A stretch of DNA of 64,000 bases, taken from positions 64,001 through 128,000 of the forward strand of contig BTUM01000003.1 in the NCBI GenBank assembly GCA_045863235.1, written 5' to 3'. The translations under genes were made by a program, and so were the position numbers. Below the pieces are notes generated by a model. That model saw only the letters and a program-made list of their open reading frames with translations. It searched no databases and was not told where the DNA came from. The stretch is from Candidatus Xenobia bacterium. Lineage in GTDB: Bacteria; Vulcanimicrobiota; Xenobia; Xenobiales; QWHO01. This document shows positions 9,908-19,230 of this stretch, piece by piece; position 1 is the stretch's first letter, and each line of letters begins with the position of its first letter.

Positions 9908-11254
9908 TTACACCCCTCGCTCAGCAGTGCGTGCGTCCAACGCCGCCAGACCCGCTTCCAACTCGGCGATCTGAGAGCGGCAGAGCTCCACCACCTCCTG
10001 AAAGCTCTCGTCTTGCAGGGGGCGCAGGCGGGACAGATCGGTGGCGCAGTCGGCAGCCACCACGGCCACTGCCCCCGGGCTCCCCAGATCGACCGCCACC
10101 GGGTCCAGGGCCACGCCCCAGCGGACCACGGTGAGCTGGCCTGGCCCCTGCCCTGCCACCGGCAGGGAGAAGATCCCCCGACAGAGCATGGTATCAAAGC
10201 CGTACACTTTGAAACCCGGCGCCACGGACCCGGGAAAGGCCACCCGGGTGACCCACCCGGCCCCCACCTGGCTCAGCTTGACCCCGCAGGGCTCCCAATC
10301 GGCCCACCAGGTATCATACTCGGGATCGGGCAGGCTGCGACGCTCGCGCCCCAGCACCAGGCCCTCTTCCTTCCCGCTCTCGCAACCCGGGGGTCGCAGC
10401 TCGAGCAGGTGGGTGGTGTAGAAGTTGCTGATCAGTTTCTGGCTGGTTGCGCGGCGCGGTCCGGAGCCAGAATCGAGCCAGGTCAGCTGGCGGGTGCCCG
10501 GGGGTGGCCCCAGCAGCAGGCCGCGGCGGGGCTCGCAGCCGAGCAGGAAGCGCTCGGCCCGAAGGTTCTCCAGACCTCGGAAGGCGGTGCGAAAGGTGTC
10601 AGAGGTGACCCAGCGCGGCCCGCGCAAAGGCCAGTTGAGCAAGCGCCCATCGGCGTGGATCGGCACCGGGCACGACCCGCAGCGCTCCGCCAGCCGCTTG
10701 TACCATTCCGCGTGGCCTGCCAGGCGGCGCTTGAGACGCTCAAAGAAGCTCCCTTCCAGGCGCAGTCGTACCGAGAAGCGGAGCTCGGGGTCGGCCCCGG
10801 GGCCATCCAGCTCCACCAGACCCTCCTCCCCCACCATCACCGCCCAGCTCGACTCCGAGCCCACGAACGACCATCCGGCCGCCAGGGGGTCCAGGGCCAG
10901 GGCAGCGTGTAACGCCCCCACCAGGTGGTCCAGCGGCGTCACCAGAGCACGCGGGCCAGCTCGTTGCAAGAGCTCAGGCAGGGTCTTCCAGTCCTGGAGG
11001 CGGTTGTGATCCTCATCCGGCACCCAGCGCACCACCACCCCGCCCCCCCCGAAACGAAGGTGCACGGCGGGGGCTCCGCTCATGACCGCTGACTGCACCA
11101 GCAGAGCCAGGAATTGCGAGGGCTCCGCTTTCTGAAAGAGAGCCAGCTTGCGCACCGCCAGGGCCGAGTCCAGGCTGAAGCTACCCGAGGACTCGGCCCG
11201 ACCCTCGGCCGCCAGGTCGCACAGCAGGCGCTGCATCGAGTCAGAGAGCGACAT
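9908..11254 (-). CDS. hypothetical protein with degenerate GHKL/HSP90-like N-terminus
   Basis: GGGGG SD; SSGSFSLDS..AVRKLA.FQ...LALLVQSAV..GA motif; C-terminal TDLSRLRPLQDE. Confidence 0.6.
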   Translation of the reverse strand: MSLSDSMQRLLCDLAAEGRAESSGSFSLDSALAVRKLALFQKAEPSQFLALLVQSAVMSGAPAVHLRFGGGGVVVRWVPDEDHNRLQDWKTLPELLQRAGPRALVTPLDHLVGALHAALALDPLAAGWSFVGSESSWAVMVGEEGLVELDGPGADPELRFSVRLRLEGSFFERLKRRLAGHAEWYKRLAERCGSCPVPIHADGRLLNWPLRGPRWVTSDTFRTAFRGLENLRAERFLLGCEPRRGLLLGPPPGTRQLTWLDSGSGPRRATSQKLISNFYTTHLLELRPPGCESGKEEGLVLGRERRSLPDPEYDTWWADWEPCGVKLSQVGAGWVTRVAFPGSVAPGFKVYGFDTMLCRGIFSLPVAGQGPGQLTVVRWGVALDPVAVDLGSPGAVAVVAADCATDLSRLRPLQDESFQEVVELCRSQIAELEAGLAALDARTAERGV

Positions 11255-11341
11255 GGCCCCCCCTTCCCGAGTCAGGAACCGGAACCTGCCCGGCGCGGGA
11301 GAACTGCCGCTTCCACCGAACCCTCCCCTGTGCACGACACG

Positions 11342-12118
11342 ATGGCCGGGTGGCTGACCAGGTGGGGCAAGAACGCCACGGTCCTGCAAGCCCTGGCCGA
11401 GCTCGAGCCCCTCCTCCCGGGAGGCCTCCCCCGCGAGCTCATCGTCGCCCCCCCCGTGCTCGGTGGCGGTCGCCTGGCCCTCATCTCGGACATCCACGGC
11501 AACTATGAGGCCCTGAAGCGGGTGCTGGAGGACATCGAGAGCTGCGCCTGCGACCGAATCGTCTGCCTGGGCGACCTGGTGGATGGCGGACCGGAGGATT
11601 CCAGGGTCCTTCAAGCCGTGCAGTCCCGAGAGATTCCAGCGGTGAGGGGCAACCATGACTTCGGCGAGGCGCTGGGCCTGTCTCGCGAAGAGTGTCGCTA
11701 CCTCCAGGGGCTTCCCGACGGCCTCACCGAGGAGGAGCTGCACTTCACCCACATCTCCCCGAGGACACGCAAGCAAGGTCTCTCCAATCCGATCGAGGCC
11801 TGGAACGTATTCGACGAATTCCCTCACCGACTGACCTTCGTGGGGCACCTGCACGTCCCGCTGGTCTATTGCCAGCGCTCGAAGACGTTTGGCGAGGCGG
11901 GAGTGCTCGACTTCGAGTATGGCAAGCCTCTGGCGCTGAAGAGCCAGGAGCGCTACATCGTGTGCGTGGGCGCCGTCGCATACGGTCGAGACGGCCTGGG
12001 GAAAGCCCGTTACGCCATCTATGACCGAACCGCCCAGACTCTGGAGATGCGGGCGGTCGAGGCTCCGATGCTGGGCAAGGACTATACCATCAAATACCGC
12101 ATCCAGGAGACTCGCTGA
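11342..12118 (+). CDS. calcineurin-like metallophosphoesterase
   Basis: SDIHGN, LGDLVD, RGNHD and GHLH motifs. Confidence 0.9.
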   Translation: MAGWLTRWGKNATVLQALAELEPLLPGGLPRELIVAPPVLGGGRLALISDIHGNYEALKRVLEDIESCACDRIVCLGDLVDGGPEDSRVLQAVQSREIPAVRGNHDFGEALGLSREECRYLQGLPDGLTEEELHFTHISPRTRKQGLSNPIEAWNVFDEFPHRLTFVGHLHVPLVYCQRSKTFGEAGVLDFEYGKPLALKSQERYIVCVGAVAYGRDGLGKARYAIYDRTAQTLEMRAVEAPMLGKDYTIKYRIQETR

Positions 12119-12121
12119 CGG

Positions 12122-12153
12122 GCAAGCTTTCTTTCAGCCTTCCCGGCTAATCT
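12122..12153 (+). promoter_or_regulatory. shared upstream box plus -10 of tagged gene 12161
   Basis: GCAAGCTTTCTTTCAG-N10-TAATCT-N7-ATG. Confidence 0.6.
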
Positions 12154-12160
12154 GGTCAGG

Positions 12161-14410
12161 ATGGATAATCTGTCCCCCTTCCGCCAGGAGGCAGCCCGCG
12201 GCCATCGCGAGAGCCAGGCCTGTCGGCTCAAGTTCTGGAAGCGCGATCAGATCAATCTGGCCGAAGCCGAGCGCTCGCTGGACACTCTGGACACGCTCGG
12301 GCCCGATGAGGGCGAGCGGCGCGTGCTGGGCATGGCCCGGGCCGCCGCCCAGCCCCCGACCACCCGGCTCAAGGTCTTGCAGCACTCGCTCGGCGTTCTG
12401 GCCCACGGGGTCAGCGCCGACCTGGTGGGTCTGGCCGGGGTGGGCCTGGCCCTGCGCGACCTGGCCGGACCGACCACGGCCGCGCCGCTGGCCGCCCAGT
12501 TGCCCGACTCCGGCCTGCTGGGTCGGGTCGCTCCCGGGCCCGACTGGCTGCTTGCCAAGGCCGCCCGGCCCATGCCGACGACAGCGTCAGAGTGGGCCGC
12601 CACCCTGGCCGACGCTCCCGCGCGATCGGTGCGCATCGCCCTGGAGGAGCTGGGCGATCCGGCCTTCTCGCAGGCTCTGGACCAGCTGAAGCTGAGCCCG
12701 CAGGTGCGCGAGCAGCTCGACCGCCAGACGCTGAAGAGCCTGGACCTGCCCCTCACCCCGCCCCAACGGGTGGCCCGCTTCCTGGATATCAACGAGCTGC
12801 CTCCCAGCCAGGCCTGCCAGTTGGGCGACTTCATGCTGGCCGGATCGGAGGATCAGCCCGTCAAGCGCCTGGCCCTGGGCTTCCAGGAGGCTCCTGACGA
12901 GCAGCGCGCCATCGCCCTGAGGGCGGCCGCTCGGCAGCTCGATCAGCCCTTTGAGGTGAAGAAGGCGGTGCAAGACCTGCAGGGCGCGCCTCCCCGCGAG
13001 GTGGCCCGCGTGCTGGCCACGATCGAGCCCTCTCCCCAGCTCTCCCTGCTGACCCGGGTCAGCGACGAGAAGGCGGTGGCCGAGGGGCTGGGCGCGCTCG
13101 ACCTCAGGCCTTCCGCCCTGCTGGAGAAGCTCCGCCCGCTGCTGGCCCCATCCGAGACCATGGCCCTGGTGGATCGCTCCCACGATTTCCTGGCGGCCGT
13201 TCTGGCCACGCCCTGGTCGCAGGCCGAGGATCAGGCCCGGGTGGCCGTGGCCGGCTGGCAGGCCTTCGACCGCTCCCCCAGCCTGGCCGGGGCAGCCCTT
13301 TCCATGGCCCGGGCCACCCCCGACCTCAACCAGCGCCGCTACCTCTGCCGGGGAGCGCTCAAGGCCATGCAGCACCCGGTGGCCGACAAGCTGGAAGCCA
13401 TGACCCGTCTCTCCGGTCCCAACGCCGATTGGAGCCAGACGGCTCTAGCGATGGCCGCCCTGGCCGAGATCGACCGGCGCGGCGGCGAGCCACGCCCGGG
13501 AGCCCTGCTGGCCGTGGTCAGCCAGGCCGCCGCCAGCTGGGCCGGACCGGCCTGGCGCGGCCAGCTCGAGCAGTTCTTGCAGCAAGACCCCGACCTCGGC
13601 CCGGTGGCCCGCTCGGTGGGGAGCCTGGAGAGCCTGCACCTGGTGCTGGAGGATCGGTTGCTGGGATCGGCCGTGAGCGCCCCCGCTCCGGCCGCGGTGC
13701 GAGACACCGGCCAGGCCGTGCTGGTGGGCGGCGTCCGCCTGGAGAAGAAGAGCCCCACCGAGGGGATCGAGCTGGACCTGACCCCCTCCGCCAGAGCTCT
13801 CCCGCAAGTGCAGGCCCTCGACCTGGGCCCTCCCCCCACGCCCGGCACGAAGATCGAGGCTCGCTGGAAAGAAGGCTATAAGAGCGGGGTGGTGGTGATC
13901 TACAACCCCACCAGCGGCGTCTTCGAAGAGCACGAAAGCTACAAGAGCGGCGTGGCGGGGGTTTACAACCCGAAATCAGGCCAGGTGGAGTTCCGCGAGA
14001 GCTACAAGAGCGGGGTGGCCGGGGTCTACAACGTCCAGAGCGGTCAGACCGAGTGGCACGAAGCCTACAAGAGCGGCGTGGCAGGGGTCTACGTGGACGA
14101 CAAGGTGGTCTTCCGGGAGAGCTATAAAGGCTGCGTGGCAGGCATTCTGGAGCCCGGGGCCAGCCAACCCGAGTTTCGCGAGGCCTATAAGTCCGGCATC
14201 GCGGCCGTGCTCAACCCGGCCACCGGCAAGGCCGAATGGTCGGAGAGCTACAAGAGCGGCGTCGCCGGCCTCTACGACCCGGCCCGGGGCGCGGTGGACT
14301 TCCGCGAGAGCTACAAGAGCGGTCTGGCGGTGGCCAGCAGCGATCCCGAGCGACCCACCCTGGTCTCCCACTCGTTCCCTTACTGGGAGGACGAAGACCC
14401 TTACGACTGA
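12161..14410 (+). CDS. orphan helical protein with VGGVR motif and C-terminal 21-aa repeats (paralog of 59379..61997)
   Basis: 749-aa ORF; VRDTGQAVLVGGVRLEKK then about 7.5 copies of YKSGVAGVYNPxxGxVEFRES. Confidence 0.85.
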   Translation: MDNLSPFRQEAARGHRESQACRLKFWKRDQINLAEAERSLDTLDTLGPDEGERRVLGMARAAAQPPTTRLKVLQHSLGVLAHGVSADLVGLAGVGLALRDLAGPTTAAPLAAQLPDSGLLGRVAPGPDWLLAKAARPMPTTASEWAATLADAPARSVRIALEELGDPAFSQALDQLKLSPQVREQLDRQTLKSLDLPLTPPQRVARFLDINELPPSQACQLGDFMLAGSEDQPVKRLALGFQEAPDEQRAIALRAAARQLDQPFEVKKAVQDLQGAPPREVARVLATIEPSPQLSLLTRVSDEKAVAEGLGALDLRPSALLEKLRPLLAPSETMALVDRSHDFLAAVLATPWSQAEDQARVAVAGWQAFDRSPSLAGAALSMARATPDLNQRRYLCRGALKAMQHPVADKLEAMTRLSGPNADWSQTALAMAALAEIDRRGGEPRPGALLAVVSQAAASWAGPAWRGQLEQFLQQDPDLGPVARSVGSLESLHLVLEDRLLGSAVSAPAPAAVRDTGQAVLVGGVRLEKKSPTEGIELDLTPSARALPQVQALDLGPPPTPGTKIEARWKEGYKSGVVVIYNPTSGVFEEHESYKSGVAGVYNPKSGQVEFRESYKSGVAGVYNVQSGQTEWHEAYKSGVAGVYVDDKVVFRESYKGCVAGILEPGASQPEFREAYKSGIAAVLNPATGKAEWSESYKSGVAGLYDPARGAVDFRESYKSGLAVASSDPERPTLVSHSFPYWEDEDPYD

Positions 14411-16659
14411 GCCGGCGGCACGAAGTCCCGGAAGCTCTCGGTAAAGATGCGCTCGAGATATGCCTTGTCGGTGCCGTCGAGGTAGATCTTGGTCTTGGCG
14501 TCGGTTCCCGAAGGGCGCACGCAGAGATCGCGCAGCTTGCCTCCGGGCGCGAACCAGAACTGCAGGCCGTCTGACCAGAGGTCCACCCGCTCGAGCCGCT
14601 TCCACTCCTCGGCCATCTTCGGCATGGCGGTGGCCAGCTGCGAGCGCATGGCCTCGATCGGCTGGCGCGCCAGCTGCTGGAAGAAGTCGTTGTAACGCAC
14701 CCGCTCGGCGATGCCGGCCTTCTTGGCTTTAGCCAGCTCGTCCGGATCGAAGATGGCCTCGTTATAGTGCACCTTGTCGCCCCGGGTCTCCATCGGATTG
14801 GCGATGCCGTTGTGCAGGAAAATCTGCTCGAGGTAGGTGTGCAGATAAGCCACCTTCTGGTTCCAGAGCCGGCTGACCAGCACCACCGCCGAGACACAGG
14901 CCTCCCCGCTCGACTTCTCGCGCATGGCCAGGATCTGCTGGCCCAGCACGTTGGGCACCGGCTGACGGGGGCCCCCGATCTTGCCACCCGACTCCTCCCC
15001 GGCGTGGTGCAGCTTGGGATGGGCCCCGATCACCACCGTCTCGCCCAGCTCCGTGGTCACCTGAGCCGGCTGGCCGGGGTGCTTGACCATGGACTCTTCC
15101 ACCTGGCGGTTCACGGCGGCGATCTCCTTGAAGCCCACCGGCACGCGCACCACGGGGATCTTGTGGAAGGCGGCCCACTCGTCCCAGCTCAGGGCCGAGA
15201 CGTAGGTGTGCACGTCGAAGTTGGAATACTCGTTCCAGAAACCCTCGTCCACGGCCGTGGCCCGGTCGTTCTCGGCCAGCATCAAGAAGAACTGGTTGGG
15301 CGAATAGATGGCAAAATGGCGATCCTGGCCCAGGGGGAGGTGGAGGATGCCCCAGCGATCCAGGGCCGCCACCTCGCTGGCCGGCACCACCTGGCCGGCC
15401 ACGAAGCGGTCGGCGTCGGGGTCCACGTTGAAGACCACCTGGCCCAGGGGAGCGTCGGCCAGCAGCCGGTCGTAGCCAGCCGTCTTGACCACTCCGGGCA
15501 GGCTGGCGTCCACGCTGTCGTGGACCACTTCGTACTCCTGCGATCCCTTCTTCTGGCCGACCCGGAAGCCGATGTTGTGGAAGAATGGATCCTCTTCGGT
15601 GCGGATGTAGCCGCCCTGGAAGACCTGCTCGATGCCCAGCTCCTGGAGGAAGGCCGAGGTGGTCTTGTAGCCCGAGCCCCCGAAGAAATCGAGCTTGAGC
15701 CTCAGCCCGCTGTCGATGGCCTGGTGCACGTGCTTGAGGGCCTGGGCCGAGGCCGGGCCCATGCGCAGGTACTCGGCGTAGAGGCGGGCCATGCGAGAGT
15801 AGCTGAGGCGCCGCATCAGGTGGGGATCGTTCCGGGCCGACAGCTTGACGGTATAGCCCTCCTTTTCGATGGTCGCGAGCAGCTCTTCCAGGTGCTCGAC
15901 GATCCGAGCATACTGGGGCGGCAGGTACTGAGCCCCGTCGGGAGCCAGGATCTTGTCGCTCTGCTTCTGGGGCGCGCCGTGACTGGAAGTGAAGTAGTCC
16001 CCGCCCGACAGGCCCAGCATGTAGGTCAGGAAGCTCCAGACGAAAATGCAGCTGCTGTCGCCCGGCTTCTCGGTGAGGAAGACGTAGAGCCCGTTGGCGG
16101 CGTAGATGCGGCTGACCAGGTCCACGAAGCGCGGGGTGTTGGAGCGTACCTCGCCCCCCACGATGCGGACCGGGTTGGCCTCCACGAAGGGAAGAATGTC
16201 CTCCAGGGGGCGGTCAAACGTCTCCTCGATGGTGGCCGCGAAGGCCCCCAGGCGCGTTCGCACCTGATCCACCGCAAGGTGCGGGAAATCGCGCTCGCCC
16301 TGCAGCTCCTTGACCAGCCTGCTGAGGCACTCGGCCAGCAACGCGAACATGTACTCGTTGATTCGGTAGCGATGATCCCACGGGCAGAGCACGTTCTGGT
16401 TCTCCCGCACTCCAGCGGTGGAGACTTTGGCCTCCTCGGCGAAGGCGCGGACCTGCTCGCGCAACCCGATCTTCTGAGCCAGCTCGGGGGTAAAGCGGAA
16501 CTCGATTGGACCCTCTTGCTCGAGGGCGAACGGGGGATGCTGCTCGAACTCGAAGTGGGCCTTCTGCCAGGCCTCCATGCTGGCCCTGGTCTGGGCCAGG
16601 TAGTAGTCGCGCATCTCCTGGGGGGTCATCGAGGGGGTTACGGTGAGCGTCTCGGCCAT
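14401..16659 (-). CDS. atypical alpha-D-phosphohexomutase (PGM/PMM superfamily)
   Basis: TSSH phosphoserine loop, DPDADR metal loop, GEESGG sugar loop and RPSGT; AGGAGG SD. Confidence 0.8.
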   Translation of the reverse strand: MAETLTVTPSMTPQEMRDYYLAQTRASMEAWQKAHFEFEQHPPFALEQEGPIEFRFTPELAQKIGLREQVRAFAEEAKVSTAGVRENQNVLCPWDHRYRINEYMFALLAECLSRLVKELQGERDFPHLAVDQVRTRLGAFAATIEETFDRPLEDILPFVEANPVRIVGGEVRSNTPRFVDLVSRIYAANGLYVFLTEKPGDSSCIFVWSFLTYMLGLSGGDYFTSSHGAPQKQSDKILAPDGAQYLPPQYARIVEHLEELLATIEKEGYTVKLSARNDPHLMRRLSYSRMARLYAEYLRMGPASAQALKHVHQAIDSGLRLKLDFFGGSGYKTTSAFLQELGIEQVFQGGYIRTEEDPFFHNIGFRVGQKKGSQEYEVVHDSVDASLPGVVKTAGYDRLLADAPLGQVVFNVDPDADRFVAGQVVPASEVAALDRWGILHLPLGQDRHFAIYSPNQFFLMLAENDRATAVDEGFWNEYSNFDVHTYVSALSWDEWAAFHKIPVVRVPVGFKEIAAVNRQVEESMVKHPGQPAQVTTELGETVVIGAHPKLHHAGEESGGKIGGPRQPVPNVLGQQILAMREKSSGEACVSAVVLVSRLWNQKVAYLHTYLEQIFLHNGIANPMETRGDKVHYNEAIFDPDELAKAKKAGIAERVRYNDFFQQLARQPIEAMRSQLATAMPKMAEEWKRLERVDLWSDGLQFWFAPGGKLRDLCVRPSGTDAKTKIYLDGTDKAYLERIFTESFRDFVPPAQS

Positions 16660-16721
16660 GGCAGCGTCCTCCTTGCGAGTGAGCGAGGCTTGTTCGCTCG
16701 CGGTGTCGAAGATTCCCTGCC

Positions 16722-18206
16722 ATGCAGCTTCGTCCCGTGTCGTTCCAGGCTCTCCCGACGTCAGCCAGCCCGGCGGCCTCTCCCTCGGCCGATGAGGGAC
16801 TGGCCCTGGAGCGCCTCGGGGACGACCGCGAGGAGCTCTCCCGCCTCAAGCGGCTGGCCCCGCCGGGCGCCTCGCTGGGCGAGCTGGCCTGCTTCCACCG
16901 GATGGGCCGAAAGCAGTCGGACGATTCGCTGTCCGGCTCGCTGCAGTGGGTTCAGGGCGCCCTGACCACGAGCGGGGGCGCGCTGGGCAAACTGTCGAGC
17001 CAAGACCGGGTGGAGGTGCTGCGCACCCTGCTCCAAGCCCACCCGGGTCAGCCCCTGGAAGCCCGCTTCCCGGGCGGCGAGTTGAGCGAGTTGAGCAAGG
17101 AAGTGGGACGCTTCATGAACGGCGATGCTCACTGTCTGCTGGGCGAGCAGCGCTACATGGTGCCCCTGACCCAGCCGCGTCGTCCGATTACCCTGCCGCA
17201 GGCTGCTCGGGACTACGCCGGAGCCCTCGAGCGCATCCTCAAGTCCCCCGGCCGCATCGATCCCCAGATGCAGCCCGACGACCGCGAGTGGGCCCTCGAC
17301 TGCGTGCGCATCGAGAACGCTCACCTGCACCAGGACCCGGCTCGGGTGAGCCTGTTCCGCAAGCTGGTCAGCGCCTTCCAGGATCCGGCCATCGCCCACG
17401 TGGTCATGATGGAGATGGAGAGCCTGCCACCGGCCCGGCAAAGCAACTATCTCACGACTCTGCAACACGAGATGGTCGGACTGGGACCCCACGAGAGCGA
17501 CTGGGAGAAGACCCGCAAGGAGGGCGCCCACGTCAAGGGCCTGGCGGCCGGCGTGCAGCTGGTGATGCAGGTGGCCCGGCCCGAGGACGACCCCTCGGCC
17601 CTGCTCGCCGAGCTGCGCGAGCTGGCCCACCGGCCCGGCAGCGACGACGAGCTGATTCGCGGGGGCGCCTGGCGTGGCCCCGGCCAGAGCTGGAGCCAGG
17701 GCCTGCAAAACGACCCTCGCACCGGGCTCAAGCACGAGGACGACCTGCGCCTGGCCGAGGCCGTCTACCAGCGCTCCAACGCTCGGGGAGAAGAGCACGG
17801 CGAGTTGCTCGAGCAGGTGAAGGGGTTCAGCTTCCGTCTGCACGAGCCCAACTACCTGTCGGTGATCGTCCACGCTCTCGGGCTGGATGAGCCCCTCGAG
17901 CAGGGCCTGGAGCGCACCGTTCGCGAGTATGAGATGACCGGCAAGGTGGACGCCCTCTCCCCCATCCGCAAGGAGATCAGCCAGGCCCTGGCCTCGGGCG
18001 CCGTCAAGGGCGACCTGGAAACGCTGATGAAGCGCTACGAGCTGATCTACGTGCAACGCACAACCGGGGGCGAGAACAAGGAGAAGGCCCTGCAGTCCTC
18101 CCTGGCCGAGCTGCTGGAGGTAGCCCAGCCCGCCAGGAGCGGGGTGGTGCAGACCAACGGGGCGGTTTGGGTGGGGGGCGTGCGGGTGCGCAAGGCGGGG
18201 TCCTGA
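16722..18206 (+). CDS. orphan protein with Ser/Pro-rich N-terminus and C-terminal VGGVR motif
   Basis: 494 aa, ending VVQTNGAVWVGGVRVRKAGS. Confidence 0.8.
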   Translation: MQLRPVSFQALPTSASPAASPSADEGLALERLGDDREELSRLKRLAPPGASLGELACFHRMGRKQSDDSLSGSLQWVQGALTTSGGALGKLSSQDRVEVLRTLLQAHPGQPLEARFPGGELSELSKEVGRFMNGDAHCLLGEQRYMVPLTQPRRPITLPQAARDYAGALERILKSPGRIDPQMQPDDREWALDCVRIENAHLHQDPARVSLFRKLVSAFQDPAIAHVVMMEMESLPPARQSNYLTTLQHEMVGLGPHESDWEKTRKEGAHVKGLAAGVQLVMQVARPEDDPSALLAELRELAHRPGSDDELIRGGAWRGPGQSWSQGLQNDPRTGLKHEDDLRLAEAVYQRSNARGEEHGELLEQVKGFSFRLHEPNYLSVIVHALGLDEPLEQGLERTVREYEMTGKVDALSPIRKEISQALASGAVKGDLETLMKRYELIYVQRTTGGENKEKALQSSLAELLEVAQPARSGVVQTNGAVWVGGVRVRKAGS

Positions 18207-18314
18207 GCTCTCGGTCGCCAGACTCCGGCGCGACGCGATGATGGCCAGATCCTCGACCAGGGCTCCGAGCTGACGGGCGGGAACCCGGCTAGACTGTGGG
18301 GAAGGGCTCTTTTC

Positions 18315-18713
18315 ATGCTTCGCTGGAGCGATTGGCTTGGACAGTCTGAGCGGGAATTTGCGGCAGCCGATTGCCTGCTTGCCGGTGGGCACTATGCCTG
18401 GTGCTGCTTCACTTGCCAGCAGGCAGCTGAAAAGTCATTGAAGGCCCTTCTCGAGAGGCACGCGGCCGACCACGGCGGGCATAACCTGCGCGAGCTTCTC
18501 GGATCGGTGGAAACTCGCTACCAGCCGCCCGGCCAGGTGCGAGCTGCCTGCCGCCGGCTAACCAGGCACTACATTCCAACCCGCTATCCTGATGCTCACC
18601 CCTCCGGCATCCCGGCCATGCAGTACGATCAGGAGGACGCTCAGGAAGCTCTGGAGGACGCCCGTGCAGTCTTGGACTTTGCCCGAGCTCAATTACGCCC
18701 CCCTGCGCCCTAA
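18315..18713 (+). CDS. HEPN domain protein
   Basis: YAWCCFTCQQAAEKSLKA, GHNL..L and LTRHYIPTRYPD motifs. Confidence 0.9.
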   Translation: MLRWSDWLGQSEREFAAADCLLAGGHYAWCCFTCQQAAEKSLKALLERHAADHGGHNLRELLGSVETRYQPPGQVRAACRRLTRHYIPTRYPDAHPSGIPAMQYDQEDAQEALEDARAVLDFARAQLRPPAP

Positions 18714-19113
18714 GCTTGAAGCCTTCATGACCGAGCTTGCGGCCACCTTCCCCGACGAGGTGGACTTTGTGGTGCTCTTCGGCTCGGCCGCCCGTCAAGA
18801 AGCCGGGCGCGGCAGCGATCTCGATCTGCTGATCGGATTGACCCGAGAGTCCTCCGAGCGTTTCCTCGAAAGGCTGGAACGCTTCAATGATCTGGCTCCC
18901 GGGGTGGAAGTCTTTCCTTACACTCCGAGCGAGCTCGCCCTGATGCGGCAACAACTGCACTTTACTTTGCTGGAGGCGGCCGATCACGGTCGCGTGCTCT
19001 TTGACCGCGGCTCCTGGCAGGCATTGGCCAACGAGCTTCGCAGCCTGGTGGAATCGGGGGATGTGATCAGGATTCCGGGCGGCTGGCATCGTCCGATTCT
19101 GCTCAAGGACTGA
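18664..19113 (+). CDS. minimal nucleotidyltransferase (MNT); start uncertain
   Basis: VVLFGSAAR...GSDLDLLI and YTPSE motifs; overlaps the HEPN gene. Confidence 0.85.
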   Translation: MQSWTLPELNYAPLRPKLEAFMTELAATFPDEVDFVVLFGSAARQEAGRGSDLDLLIGLTRESSERFLERLERFNDLAPGVEVFPYTPSELALMRQQLHFTLLEAADHGRVLFDRGSWQALANELRSLVESGDVIRIPGGWHRPILLKD

Positions 19114-19230
19114 GCAGCATTCAGCCGGGGAAACGAAACCGCGTGAATCCGCCACACGCCGTCGCCCGTTGAATCGCAGGGAACTCGAGTCGCAGGAGGC
19201 CATCCTCCCGGCCCGAAACAGCCTCAACCG

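Noticed and set aside
13864..14340. 63-bp periodic DNA repeats as a CRISPR or DGR template
   Set aside because: They are in-frame coding repeats varying mainly at synonymous sites; no reverse transcriptase is present.
16681..16721. Shared promoter box upstream of tagged gene 16722
   Set aside because: No TCA..TTnAG-N10-TAnnCT match was found; the short divergent intergenic region differs.
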